In this document: one piece after another, positions 10,860-23,390 of the stretch
Numbering within the stretch: position 1 is the first letter of the stretch
How the letters are laid out: every line of letters begins with the position of its first letter
NCBI GenBank assembly: GCA_001938485.1
Contig: MQRK01229233.1
Location: 1-64,000, forward strand
Source of the DNA: Girardia tigrina
Lineage: Eukaryota
Direction of reading: 5' to 3'
Length of the DNA stretch: 64,000 nt
The notes under the pieces: generated by a model
The model's input: the letters and a program-made list of their open reading frames with translations, nothing else
What the model was told of the DNA's origin: nothing
The model's database searches: none
Position numbers and translations under genes: made by a program

Positions 10860-12903
10860 TAAAAGGCACATTATTCATTTTCTTCATCTGTCTTAAGTTC
10901 TCTTTTATATAAACTAGTTTTTCAACTTTGGATTCTGACAAATTTGTTCTTCTCTCACCACATATATTTCCAGCTGTGGAAAACACTCGTTCAGAGCTGT
11001 ACTAAGCTGCTGGAATCGCCAATAGTCTTCTTGTGAAGCGAGCAAGTTTCGGATAATTATGTGCTTGATTTTTCCAATAACGAAGTATGTCACCATTATC
11101 GGCAATTGGTGTTGTTGTTAAATAATTTTCTAATTCCGTCTTGATTTCCGCCATCAAGGAGGTCACCCCTTCCGGGTTGTCTACCGCTTTTCCAAAAGTT
11201 TGAACCTTCAAACTGTTGGAAGACCTTCTTATGTACGTAGCTTTTGTGCTTTTTAGTGACGGTATGTGTATGTTAGTGTCTTGTTGTATGTCATCAATGG
11301 AGGATTGTGATGTGTGGGGTGAGGGGGTGTTCTTAAGTTCGGTCTTGCACATGTTGAACACAGCTTCCTGCAGGGATACTTTTGTCATGTGGTACCTTTG
11401 CCCAATGCCATGTAATGTTGATCCTTTGCAACGTGGATCCAACATGTTTGCATATGCGTATTCTAAAACTTGAGCTCCACATTCGGGAAATCTGTCATTC
11501 ATTTTCAACAAGTAATGATCAGCGACTTCTTTCATCATGTGATTTGGTGAATCATGTGATATTGACTGCAATTCGTCTTCCAGATCAAAGAGCTTCGGAA
11601 TGACATGGAATATAGAGACCTCGTTCTCTGCACTTGCAAGGTGGGAGAGTTCTTCAAATTTTTTCAACAGTTCAATCATTGACCTCAATTGTTCAATCTC
11701 CTCTGTATCTGGTAGTTTGTTGACTAGATTTTGCGTAACATCTTTTTCTGCAACAATTTTGATGGCAGGAAGTAGCTCATTGATAGATTGTAATTGATAA
11801 NNNNNNNNNNNNNNNNNNNNNNNNNNNNNNNNNNNNNNNNNNNNNNNNNNNNNNNNNNNNNNNNNNNGATGCTTCGGCAATAAGTGAATCCTTTGACTTC
11901 TGAGAATGATTGAAGAAGCTAACCAGCCCTGTCATCTTATCACTTAAATCTCTCCACAGCTTACATTTCGATGCTGCACTTTGCACAATCAAATTTATCT
12001 CATGATCAACACACCAGAACACATCATTTAGAAGACAATCCTTTCCGGCTTTCTTCATGTTTGCTCCACCATCGCATGTTATAGTTGTGCGCACATTTGG
12101 TCCCAAGTTAGGTCTTTAGTGATGCTATCCAATCTTTTTGCGATTTCTACCGATGAATGTTTGCCAGCAAAGTGTTGTAAGGTGACCAAGAAACGCTTCA
12201 TTTGAAAATCAGAATCAATGTAGTGTACAGTCATAGAAATGTATGCTGCGTTGGTGGTCTTGTTGGTCCACAGATCAGACGTGAAGGATATTCCATCCAG
12301 ATGAAGTTTGTCTTCATTTAATTTGTTATCAACTGCTGCCTTCATTGCATTGTATAAAATCGGAATTTTAGTACGAGAAATGGTCCTTGAGGAAATTGGC
12401 TTATACTGCCCTTTAGTACATATTTTCAATAGGTATATAAACTCATCGTTATCAACTATATGAAAAGGCAGCATGGCACTTGCTATCCACTGAATTATTG
12501 CAGCGACAACTTCCTTCTGTTAATCGTCATTCTTAGACCAAGGACTTTTGGTGAACACTTGCTTTGTTGGTATTTCTTCACAGCACATTTTGTCTTTTCT
12601 TGACCTCTTTCTTCATGAGGTCCTGATAGTGGCTGCTCTTGATGTTCCATCACCAGAAGACGTTCCCAATTTAAAGTCATTATCAGAGTCAGAGTTTGTA
12701 TCGACAGTTTCAACTGTTGAGCTTGCTTTCGCTCTGGCCTCCCTTGCTTCTAGTGTTTCAAAGATGGTCTTATGCTTTGTCCTCAGATGACCTCTTATCC
12801 CTGTTGTGCTCCCACTGGGCACCTTGTAATGCTCACCACACTCGATGCACCCTATTTTCATTATTCATTGCGAAGTAATCCAAATTAAGGAAAATTTTGG
12901 CAT
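10860..12903 (-). pseudogene. hAT transposase, frameshifted
   Basis: BED finger (CIECG...STTGIRGHLRTKH), SFTSDLWT, TCDGGANMKKA, CVDH, LDPR, LLAIPAA..ERVFSTAG, split across several ORFs. Confidence 0.92.
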
Positions 12904-13377
12904 ATTGAAGAATAAAATGTAATTTAACTAGAAATAAAACTTCATTAAATATTATTTAAACAAAAAATATTATACACTTAGAAATTGTTTAATAATATAT
13001 TTTTTTAAGATCAAAATAAATTTTTTTAGTAAATTTCATCACCGATTATTGTGAAAACTAATATATAAACTAGTCAATTAGTATGTAATGTTTATATATT
13101 AATTGAAATATTATTATTTTGATTATTATTAAAATTAAAATTTTAAATTATTAAAATTTTTAAAATCTGATTTAAACAAATATTTATTAAAAATTTTAAA
13201 ATTTTATTTTATAATTAATAAATTGATAATAATTATTATTATTTCAATTAATATATAAACATTAATTACTAATGTAATTTTTTTCCAATATCGAATATTC
13301 CAGATCATACATTGTATTTTTAGTAAACACGATTTAGTTTACTGTTTATCCATAATCGATATTTTGATCAGAACTAA

Positions 13378-13400
13378 TAATTATCCTTCCGCAGGTTCAC
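13378..13400 (-). other. 23-nt fragment matching the 18S rRNA 3' terminus
   Basis: Minus strand GTGAACCTGCGGAAGGATAATTA vs conserved GTGAACCTGCGGAAGGATCATTA (22/23). Confidence 0.75.
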
Positions 13401-13789
13401 AATTAGTTTTCACAATAAATAAACTAATAAATTAGTATGTAATGTTTATATATTAATTATATTATATAAATATAATTTTTAAAATTTTATTTTAAAATTA
13501 ATAAATTGATAATAATTATTATTATTTCAATTAATATATAAACAATTCATAATAATTTAATTTTTTTCCAATATCGAATTTTCCAGATCGTACGACCCGA
13601 TAAATTGTATTTTTAGTAAACATTTTTAGTAAAAAGGATTAAATGAAAACTACTGAATATAGAATTTTACTCGAAAGTTCCTTAAAAATATTTGTTTAAA
13701 AAACTAAAATTGTAGTAATTATATTGTTGAGTCATAGTATATGTGAATAAAGGTGTGGTTTCATTATATGTTAGATAACAAAGGTAAGC

Positions 13790-14310
13790 AGTCTTTCGAT
13801 GCATCGTTTAACGATGAAGGTTTTCTTGTGCATCCTTAAAGATGAAGGTTTTTCGATGCAACGATTAACGATGAAAATTTTTCGATATATCGTTAACGAT
13901 GCGTGTTTCGATGCATCGATAACGATGAAGGTTTTTCGATGCATCGATAACGATGCAGTCTTTCGATGCATCGTTTAACGATGAAGGTTTTTCGATGCAT
14001 CGTAAACGATGCGAGTTTCGATGCATCGTTAACGATGAAGGTTTTTCGATGCATCGTTAACGATGAAGGTTTTTCGATGCATCGATAACGATATAGTCTT
14101 TCGAAGCATCGTTTAACGATGAAAGGTTTTCGATGCATCGTTAACGATGCATGTTTCGATGCGGTGTTAACGATGAAGGTTTTTCGATGCATCGTTAACG
14201 ATGCAGTCTTTCGATGCATCGTTTAACGATAAGAGTTTTTCGATGCATCGTTAACGATGCAACAAAAACGATGCATCGACCATTTTCAGCGATGTACGAT
14301 ACGATGTGTC
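13790..14310. repeat. Right subterminal array, inverted relative to the left
   Basis: Directly visible. Confidence 0.95.
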
Positions 14311-14328
14311 GGTCTCTAAATTTTAAAT

Positions 14329-16342
14329 CAGCGGTCCCCAACCTTTTTAACTCGTCGACCCCTTTATGACCTAATTATCTTATCCTCGACCCCTACCTAA
14401 GTTTAATGAAAACATTAACTATTTTTGAAATAATTTAATATACTTTTCGATNNNNNNNNNNNNNNNNNNNNNNNNNNNNNNNNNNNNNNNNNNNNNNNNN
14501 NNNNNNNNNNNNNNNNNNNNNNNNNNNNNNNNNNNNNNNNNNNNNNNNNNNNNNNNNNNNNNNNNNNNNNNNNNNNNNNNNNNNNNNNNNNNNNNNNNNN
14601 NNNNNNNNNNNNNNNNNNNNNNNNNNNNNNNNNNNNNNNNNNNNNNNNNNNNNNNNNNNNNNNNNNNNNNNNNNNNNNNNNNNNNNNNNNNNNNNNNNNN
14701 NNNNNNNNNNNNNNNNNNNNNNNNNNNNNNNNNNNNNNNNNNNNNNNNNNNNNNNNNNNNNNNNNNNNNNNNNNNNNNNNNNNNNNNNNNNNNNNNNNNN
14801 NNNNNNNNNNNNNNNNNNNNNNNNNNNNATTTTACTTGAAAGCTCATTATCATTGTACGGGCTTGAATAATTGTAATATTTTTTCCTTGCAAACGCTTCT
14901 GTACTTCATTGAATTTTGATTAAATGTCTGCTAAGTAGAACAGGTGAAGTTTGTATAGTTTTAACTCGTTACATAATGATCGATCCAAATTCCATAGAAA
15001 TTCTTCAGATGAATTGTACAAGTTAACAAGCCTTTGCAAACTATCGCCCCTTGACAACCATCTTACCTCGGTGTGCAAAAGCAATTGGTTGAAAGTTTCA
15101 TCGTTTTCCTCACATAAATTTGCAAACAGTCATGAATTGAAAGGAGAAGTTTTGATTTTATTAATTGATCTGATACACACTTTTAGAGCTTCATGTAGTT
15201 CTCCACTCAGTTTTTTAGCTACAAGATGTTGCCTGTGTAAGACACAGTAAACAGTGCGTACTGTACGAACCTTTTCCTTGAGAAAGACAGAAAATCCTCT
15301 ATAGCGGCCCACCATAGCCGGTGCACCATCAGTAGCTACTGCAGTAATATTTTCAAGAGGAACATTGTGCTTGTTCAGATAATCTTTTAAGCATAAAAAA
15401 ATTGTCTCACCTTTTGAATCTGCCTTAAGATAACTATCGAAAAGAAACTCATCGACAATGTCATTCAAGGATGGGCTACTAAACCTCACGTAGGCCATGA
15501 GAATATTTGAACTTCCAAACGTTGATTCGTTAAGTTGAATAGCAAACTTACAATGCTGGAGCTCAGAAATTAAAGTTCTTTCTACATCATTAGCCATTTC
15601 CTCAATACGTCGATGTACAGTATTTCCACTTAATGGTATACATTTCAGAACTGGCTATGGATCTGTTTTCATAACATTCTCAATTACATCTTTTATAGCT
15701 GGTAATATAATCTCTTCACCAATGGTATACGGCTTCCATTTTTTTTGCAATATTAAAAGAGATGCTGTATGATGCTTTCAATCCTCCTTCACTATTAGCA
15801 CTGGTAGACGATTTTAAAAATGTAGTCAAATTCGGTCGAGTTATAAACCTCTCTTTAAGCATTTTAAAGTACTCGATACCTTTGTTTTTCTTATCAAAAT
15901 GCATTCTTTCTAAATGGTCCATCATCTTAGCTGGTTACATGGCATCATTGCTGAAAGTCTTTTCACATAACACGCACATAGGAATGGTTTTATTATTTAT
16001 CGAAGGTAAAAAAACCATATTTCAAATACTCGTCAGAGTATTGTCTGCATTTCTTCTTAGCATTAAAAGTCGACATGGGGTAGATTAAAATTGGATTCTA
16101 AAAATGAATTAATTGGAAAACAATTCTTAAAAAATTTACCTGTTAAATTTTAAAGTTTCGTGTAATTAAAACAAATATTTTATTAAATATTTTTTTAATA
16201 AAGTATTTTTTTAATAATGATAAAAGATAAAATTTATGAAATCAATTAAAGTTTTCTAGCTATTTTCCATCTACTTCAATCGACCCCAAAGGAACTCTAA
16301 TCGACCCCTGGGGGTCTATATCGACCCCGTTGGAGACCCTTG
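14329..16342 (-). mobile_element. hAT Buster/Charlie-type (ZBED5/SCAND3-like) transposon, disabled
   Basis: TIRs CAGCGGTCCCCAAC / GTTGGAGACCCTTG; perfect 8-bp TSD TTTTAAAT; FAIQLNEST, ATDGAPAMVG, CVLHRQHL, HTEVRWLS motifs. Confidence 0.95.
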
Positions 16343-17925
16343 TTTTAAATTCAACAACGATTAAAAACAAACCATAAAATAATAATATAATCTTTAAACA
16401 GTTTTAAAATGTTAAAATTAAATTCCTTTCAAATACCAAGAATTAAAAATATTTATCAGTCATTAGAGTAGGAGAAGTACCCCTCTAAGTTAGCAATCAA
16501 CATTTAAGACACAAAACACACAACATTCACAAATGTTCCTCTTATAGAGTACATCTGTCCATAAATTTATTCCTCAGTCAACATTAAATATAAATTCACA
16601 AGAAAAATTAAAAGATTAAATTAACAGTACACTTCAAAGAAGAAATTGAGTACAGTGGATAATTTCTGTCCGACATTTGAACTTTATTTACATACCGGCC
16701 TTCTTCAGGCTTACTTCTTTTTGTAAACTGAACTAAGTCCGACTATACAATTTTTCTGCAACTGCCTAAAGTTTTCCTTTATTTAATCGTTTTCAAATTA
16801 CTTTTTTAAGCTGGGTTAAATACTGTTTATGTAAATTACATTTTACATATACTAATTTGTATTTTTATTTATATTATAATTTATAAAATTAAGTTAATTT
16901 TAAATAATCGACAATTATTCATCTTATTCATTTTGTAATAAATGATTTAAAATGTTATTATTAACTTGAATATATATTTTACCTTGTCCCCATATCACAT
17001 TTTTATATTTTCACAAAAAGCATTACTCCGAATAATAGAAGACTTAATATCTTAGATTATTTTTTTTTCCAAAATATAAATTCTAGTTAAATAAATTGTT
17101 TCTTACTATATTCTTTTGCCAATGAAATAAACTTTTATTATTTTTTTAATTTACAAAAATAAATGAAAAATAATTTTTACCAAAAAAACTAATAATATTA
17201 AAAACAATTAAATACATTTTTGAAATAGAAGAAAAGCCTTATTTCACAAATCCATCAATTCAATTTCATAGTAATTTGCAAATATCTAAATTTGTTTTAT
17301 TAAATCAATAAAGTTAGTATAAATGTATGAAATTCAAATATATTTCTAGTCAATATATATCAGTTCTTTCTATGATCGAAGTAATGATATTTTCTAATTG
17401 TGATACTTTATTATTTTTTTACATAATATTTATATTTTTCAATGATGAATTTAAAAGTTTATTAAAATTTAGTTTAGTAATTTTGATTGATAATTATCGA
17501 TAAATTACAAATGGATTTCTCATACGAAATAATCGTACCAACTGACACTGACTTTAATCATTCATTTTTAAGTAGTAATCTATTTTAAAATTTAAAAAAA
17601 AGAATAGGAATAAAATATTTCTTGACAAATCGGATAGATTAGTAAAGATCGCACTTCAACTGTGAATAATCACACATGTGTATTGAAAAGGGCGGAAATT
17701 ATTTGTAAAGTTGGCTGTTAATAAAACAGGGTGTGGTGTCGTTGTTTTCTTTAATACAATCAATTTTTTGCCAAATAATAATCACACCTAAATTTTGTTT
17801 TGAAATTTTGTTATTTCGATAACAGATTTAATGTTTATAAAATTGTTTCAGAAAATCATCCGTTAATCATTATTCTGTTTTTTTGTCAATTTTTCGAATA
17901 TTTCTCATTAAACACCTGACGAGGA

Positions 17926-18040
17926 ATGGACAATCAAAGTAATGTCTTTTCAACATTGAATTTAAAACCTGCACTTCCATTCAAACTTACGAAATTCAAA
18001 GGTTTTGAAAAGTCTAAGCATTTAATGACCACAGATCAAG
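17926..18040 (+). CDS. Candidate first coding exon of an unidentified host gene (MDNQSNVFSTLNLKPALPFKLTKFKGFEKSKHLMTTDQ)
   Basis: ATG, open frame, AAG|GTAT donor, phase 1 compatible with the exon at 51785; non-TE-like context. Confidence 0.45.
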
Positions 18041-19164
18041 GTATATTTTATTTTAAATTGAAATTTTGTTAAAATTTATTCGAAAACTGTAATTTCAATG
18101 AACGATCGCAATTAAAATTTAAAAATCTTTGTAGTGAAAATGGAATTACGTTTTCTAAAAGTATGAAAATAATAACATCAAGGTATTTTTATTAGAAAAA
18201 ATATATACTATGGATTATCTAGCCGTTCAATCATTATAGTAGCCGACTTTTAAGGGTTAAAAATATATTTTGATCAAATGTCGATAAACTAATAAGAGAA
18301 AATAGCAAAACAATCAAAAATAAAAATAATTGTATAGATTTTAGATTTTATTTATTTTGTTTACGATTTTTTTTATTTACGATTTCAAACTGTTTCTAGA
18401 TAATTTATAATTGAAACTGCCGGGATCTGAAAGAAAATTCAATTAAAATTTTTAACAAGTTTAAAAAATATTTTGATAAAAACACTGCTATAAATATTAT
18501 TATTATATTTTGAAAAAAAACATGAAAATAAAAAAAATATTAATTATAAAATAATTTTAAAAATTAACAACAATCAATTTTAAAAAGATTAAAGTTCTTA
18601 AAAAAATCAATTTTAAATATTCATGAAAATTAAGGATTGTTTTCGGGAGTGTTTGAAACGTTATTCAAATTTTAGTTGTAATCGTTGAAAATGTCCATTT
18701 TGTTCTTCAACTCAAATTTTCTTGAAAATTGAAATTTAACTATGTATTGATTATTTTCAATTTAACTATTAAAAAAACTGAAATCATAAGGAATTTTTCT
18801 TTAATTCATAGTTTCGTAAAATTCGACATAACATATTTTTATAAAATCAAACAAAAATTTTAATTTATCGATTTGTGCATCAAAATTAAATTTATATTAA
18901 TTTTATTTTTGCGAATAATATTTAGGCACATTGTTTAAGGACCAGATTAAAGTCGATTAGGATCAATTGAATTCCGCATCCAAACTTATCATTGATCCTG
19001 TAAAACATTTTAAAAGAATTTGTTAATTTAGTTTTAGATTTAACAAGACAATCTTTGTAAATAAGATTTGAAAAATTAAAAAGTAATTTGAATCAATTTG
19101 GATTTTTAGCAAATTTTAAAAATAGTTAAAGTCTTGTTGTATATTTACAATACCTGAAAGATTA

Positions 19165-20253
19165 TACTTGTGGCCAAAAGTAAATGGTAACATAGAAAAA
19201 CATCACTTTTATTTGAGAAATTCCAAACAAACATCAGAAATTTAATGATTAGTATGATGTGTGTCCACCACGAGCTTTAATGCATGTTTGTACACGGTTG
19301 CACATGAAGTCACACAAGGTATTGATGACAGATAGGTCAATGGCCTCCCATTGATCCAGTAGGCGTTGGCGAAGTTTATGATGGTTTACAATAGGAGTTG
19401 AGTATGCACTGTGAATTCGACGACCAATTTCATCCCATAGATGTTCTATTGAGCTGAGATCGCAAGATTTTGCAGGCCACGGTGGAACATCGACTGCCAT
19501 AGCTGCAAGGTTGCCCTTGCTGTATGACATCGGGCATTGTCTTGTTGAAAGACATAACCCGGTGTCTCCATAACGAAGGGTACTGCCTCTGCTTCCAAGA
19601 CCTCATGAATGTAACTCTCTCTCATGAATGTAACCTTTATTCTTCCATCATTGAATTCTAGTGTGAATCTTGACTCATCAGAAAAGATTACACTCCTCTA
19701 AAAGGCATTGTCCTTCATCTTGTATTGGTTACACCATGTATGACGACAACGTCGGTAAATAGGTGTCAGGGGTATGCAAACCATAGGATTGTGAGAGCCA
19801 TACCCTAGCTGCAGTGCTCGTCTGATGAGAGTTCGACGAGAGATTTGCACTGATAGTGAATATCGAAGCATTCGGTGTGACCTGAATCTGTCCCGAATGA
19901 TGATCATCCAAATTTCACGATCCTTTCGAGAAGTGGTAATGCGTGGACGTGTTGACTAACAGCACACGATCCAGTAGACTTCCATCTTCGCCACACGTTG
20001 GATACTGTTTGCTGGGAACATCCAACAATTTCTGCAACACGGGATCTTGATAAACCTCCTTCAAGAAGGCTAACAATACGCCTACGTTTGAAATCTGCAA
20101 GTTCCAAATCTCCACCAGCTCTAGGCATGCTGCTATAACAGAGACACCAATGAAAAATAATATCAGGTGGCTTATTACAGTCTTAAATACATGCCATAAT
20201 CTATTAGTAGTCATAATAGTCATAATCTTACCATTTACCTTTGGCCATAAGTG
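19165..20253 (-). mobile_element. Tc1-family transposon, disabled
   Basis: ~29-bp TIRs (ACTTGTGGCCAAAAGTAAATGGTAA); IFSDESRF, QQDNA, DLSSIEHLW, IKARGGHT motifs. Confidence 0.92.
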
Positions 20254-20263
20254 CATTATCATA

Positions 20264-20516
20264 TGTTGATTAATATTTATACTATGGTTGACAACAATGT
20301 AGCTCAGTTGTTTAAATAACTATCGCTGGCTCTGATTTTAAAGCGAACTTCATATACGTGTTGATTGTAATATCTGCTTTATTCGTGCGTCGGATTGCTG
20401 CTACCGCTCGACGAATCGCGCACCAGATTGACGGGCCACTGACGCTATTGTATATTGTATCATTGTTTACTGAAATATAATTTTGGATCGTAATTCGTTG
20501 TTCTTGAAATTCAACA
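20264..20516. mobile_element. Possible solo LTR
   Basis: TGTTGA...TCAACA ends and locally higher GC; no clean TSD. Confidence 0.3.
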
Positions 20517-20649
20517 AATCTTTAAACAATAGAATAGTAATAATTTTAGGATAATATTTTTCTGCAGAATTACTTCATGAAATAACTGTTTTTTTGGCTT
20601 TTTATCGGTTATATATGAAATAAATGAATTTGATAATCTTTTTTACAAA

Positions 20650-21240
20650 ATAAATTGACAACGTTAAACAAATAGGTTCAGAGTGCCGTTTGAACATTAA
20701 ATTTTACATCACAATATATTATTAATAGTAATATCATGGTAATCTCCCTACATAATTTTGAAGTCGTTCATGCTCAAGTAACTTTGAAAAGTTTCCTTAT
20801 ACTCAGTAATGTGACTCCCCATCCTTCTCTCAATGAGTTCATGGACTCGTGTATTACGGACAGTGTCTGCAATATATATGACATTGTACTCATTACATGT
20901 ATATATAAACAACTAAAAACTGTTATATAACAAATTAAGAATACTGAGTATAATGAGTTTATTATTTTGCTTATGAATTAAAAAGTGACTGATAGAGTTG
21001 AGAAGAGTCTTACACTAAACTTTCTCAAATGGATTCAAAAGTCTAAAGAATTCGATCCTGGAAGCAACAAATAATCTTTTATATTTATAAATTATATCTG
21101 AGTCACTTAAGTTTGAGAATATGTTTTCTAATAAATCACTTCATATAAGTCTATATTCCTACTTTTCTTATCACCAGATATCAAAGGGGTGCAATCCCGC
21201 ATACTTTAAAGAGACTGACATCATATCTACAATTGGAAAA
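20650..21240. mobile_element. Highly decayed PLE endonuclease remnants in inverted arrangement
   Basis: Similarity to the 7575-7930 PLE segment on minus (20650-20940) and plus (~21100-21230). Confidence 0.55.
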
Positions 21241-22308
21241 TATAAGAATACAATTAATAAATAGTTATTCCATTGTTATATTCTTCAGTGCGTAAACATA
21301 AATGTTTTATCTAAAATTTAGTTTTTTATAATAAGTTTATATCATTAAAACAAAGATTTAAAAAGGTTATTGAAATTGCATTATTCGAGAAACTATACAT
21401 TCACGAAAAGATTTTTAAGAATAATTTATAATTAAAAGAGGTTAAATTAAGATATAAGCCGTAAAATATAAAATATTTTGAAGAACATAAAAATTTTCAC
21501 TTTAAACGTTAATTATTGTAATAACCTACATATTATTCGCCATTTGTATAATACACAATAGTTCTTTTAAATAGCATAATATCTTCTTCCACATATTACG
21601 AGTTTTGTACCTTTTTTTAAAAGAATGTGCTAATAAACATTGAAACAGCATTTTATCTTATTAAAATTAGGAAATTCGATTATTGATTTGACTCATTTAG
21701 TATTTATAACATGGATCTAGATTTCTTAACGCAAAAATTATTTTTTGGTACGGTTATATTTTAACATTTATTCTTTGTAGTATATTCCGCTTCTCTGATA
21801 TTTTGACTTATTTGATTGCAAAATAGAAATTTAATATAGATAAAAGCTGAATATTTAACCGAAAATTGATAATATTTTTAATATTAATCTTTAAAAACCT
21901 AAGAAATAAATTTAGATTATTACAACTACTTAATTTTAATTTAAAAAAGTCTAATTTGTAAAATTTTATCTTGCCTTGTGGCTAAATAAATTCTGTGATT
22001 CCGTTTTTGTTAATAAAGTTTCCTTTTACTGATCTGAAATTTTAAAGATAATGAGATATTCTAATTGCCGTTTTATAAGAAGATAAAAGAAGATTAATGT
22101 ATTTGTGATTGGCGTAACAACATTTAAAATTCATATTAATAAAAATAATTAGAATAGGGATTATTTTTTTGTTTTCTATTTTTGACATATTTAGCTTTTT
22201 GTAACAAGTAATATTTTAATAAAAAATATTATGCATACTTAAACAATATTCAAAAAATTTTTTTCACATTATTTCTTCGATCATACTTCCAAAAAATGTG
22301 GTTAAATT

Positions 22309-23077
22309 TGTGGGACGTTAAAACACCGAAAAAAACGTCGAAAAATTATGAAAATAAATCGAAAAAGATTTATTAATAATAAATAAAACCAGGCAATTCA
22401 AAAATATGTTTCTGGATTTTTATTGGCTCGGTCTATTAAAAAAAGCTATTAATTTTTCGTTAAAAACCACACATTTTTTTTTCTCCTAATGGTTTCACCA
22501 TTCTTCAACATAAGGAATTTTCGAAAACACGATCTTTCTTCAAATGTTACTTTTTGCATAAAATTTTTAAGTGTTGGATTCACATTACCAAATAAATAAA
22601 CATGTATTTCTGAATGAATTGTGTCATCCTTCAATGGGATTATTAGTTTTTGCAATATCATTAAAAAGACGTATTTTTGCATGTCATAAATACAATGGAA
22701 AACTGACCCTACCTAAAATTTCATCAAGTTCTGTTCCCGTATAATATTCGTGAAAATATGAGTAAATTTCTGAAAGGCAATTTGGGAAAGACTCACCTGA
22801 TTTTAAAAAATTGAAAACATTTCTAATATTTTGTTTATTAATTGTTCAGAGATTAAATTTCGAAAATAATTTTCATTTTCGGTGATCAAAATAATAATTT
22901 AAGTATATTTGGGAATTTCATTTATTTATTTATTTATTCATTCACTTAAGCATTATTTATTAATACATCGTTTCATTTAATGTTTTATTAAAACTTTTTT
23001 TTCGATGTTTTAAGGTTTCGACGTTTTATATTCGACGTTTTTTTTCGATGTGGTTGTCGACGTTTTAACGTGGTACC
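22309..23077. mobile_element. Mutator-like non-autonomous element
   Basis: Inverted ends with repeated AAAACGTCGA; TSD GTTAAATT (22301-22308 / 23078-23085). Confidence 0.7.
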
Positions 23078-23250
23078 GTTAAATTAATTGTAAATCACAA
23101 GAAATTTTTTTATCTATCTACTCCGTCAGTTGCAATTGAAAACTATTACAAACTTTATCGTTTTATTTTTTTCATTTTATACAAATAACTTTCAGCGAGC
23201 ACTGTTCAATAATCAAAACCATACTCCAACGTCTTCTGCATTTTATAATT

Positions 23251-23390
23251 ATTAAGAACATTTAGACAAGTCTTGTTTGAATTTTTATTGCAATTACATT
23301 TAGAGTCATAACAACTCTCAGAAGGTCTTTCATCGTTTGCCATCGTTATAATTGGTTTTCTTATTTATGTTTTTAATCATGATTATTCGA
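23251..23390. repeat. 140-bp direct repeat, copy 1 (copy 2 at 25775-25914)
   Basis: Direct alignment; a diverged inverted relative lies at ~29000-29150. Confidence 0.9.

Larger units (their letters stand above)
10242..14318 (-). mobile_element. hAT (Ac-type) transposon with BED-finger transposase and long CGATGCATCG subterminal arrays
   Basis: TIRs TAGGGAGCGAC / GTCGGTCTCTA; ATTTTAAA on both flanks (right copy offset by 1 nt); transposase motifs. Confidence 0.93.

Noticed and set aside
16650-16712. Possible hammerhead (CUGAAGA...GAAA with long stem II) on minus
   Set aside because: Junctions and stems I/III do not fit cleanly
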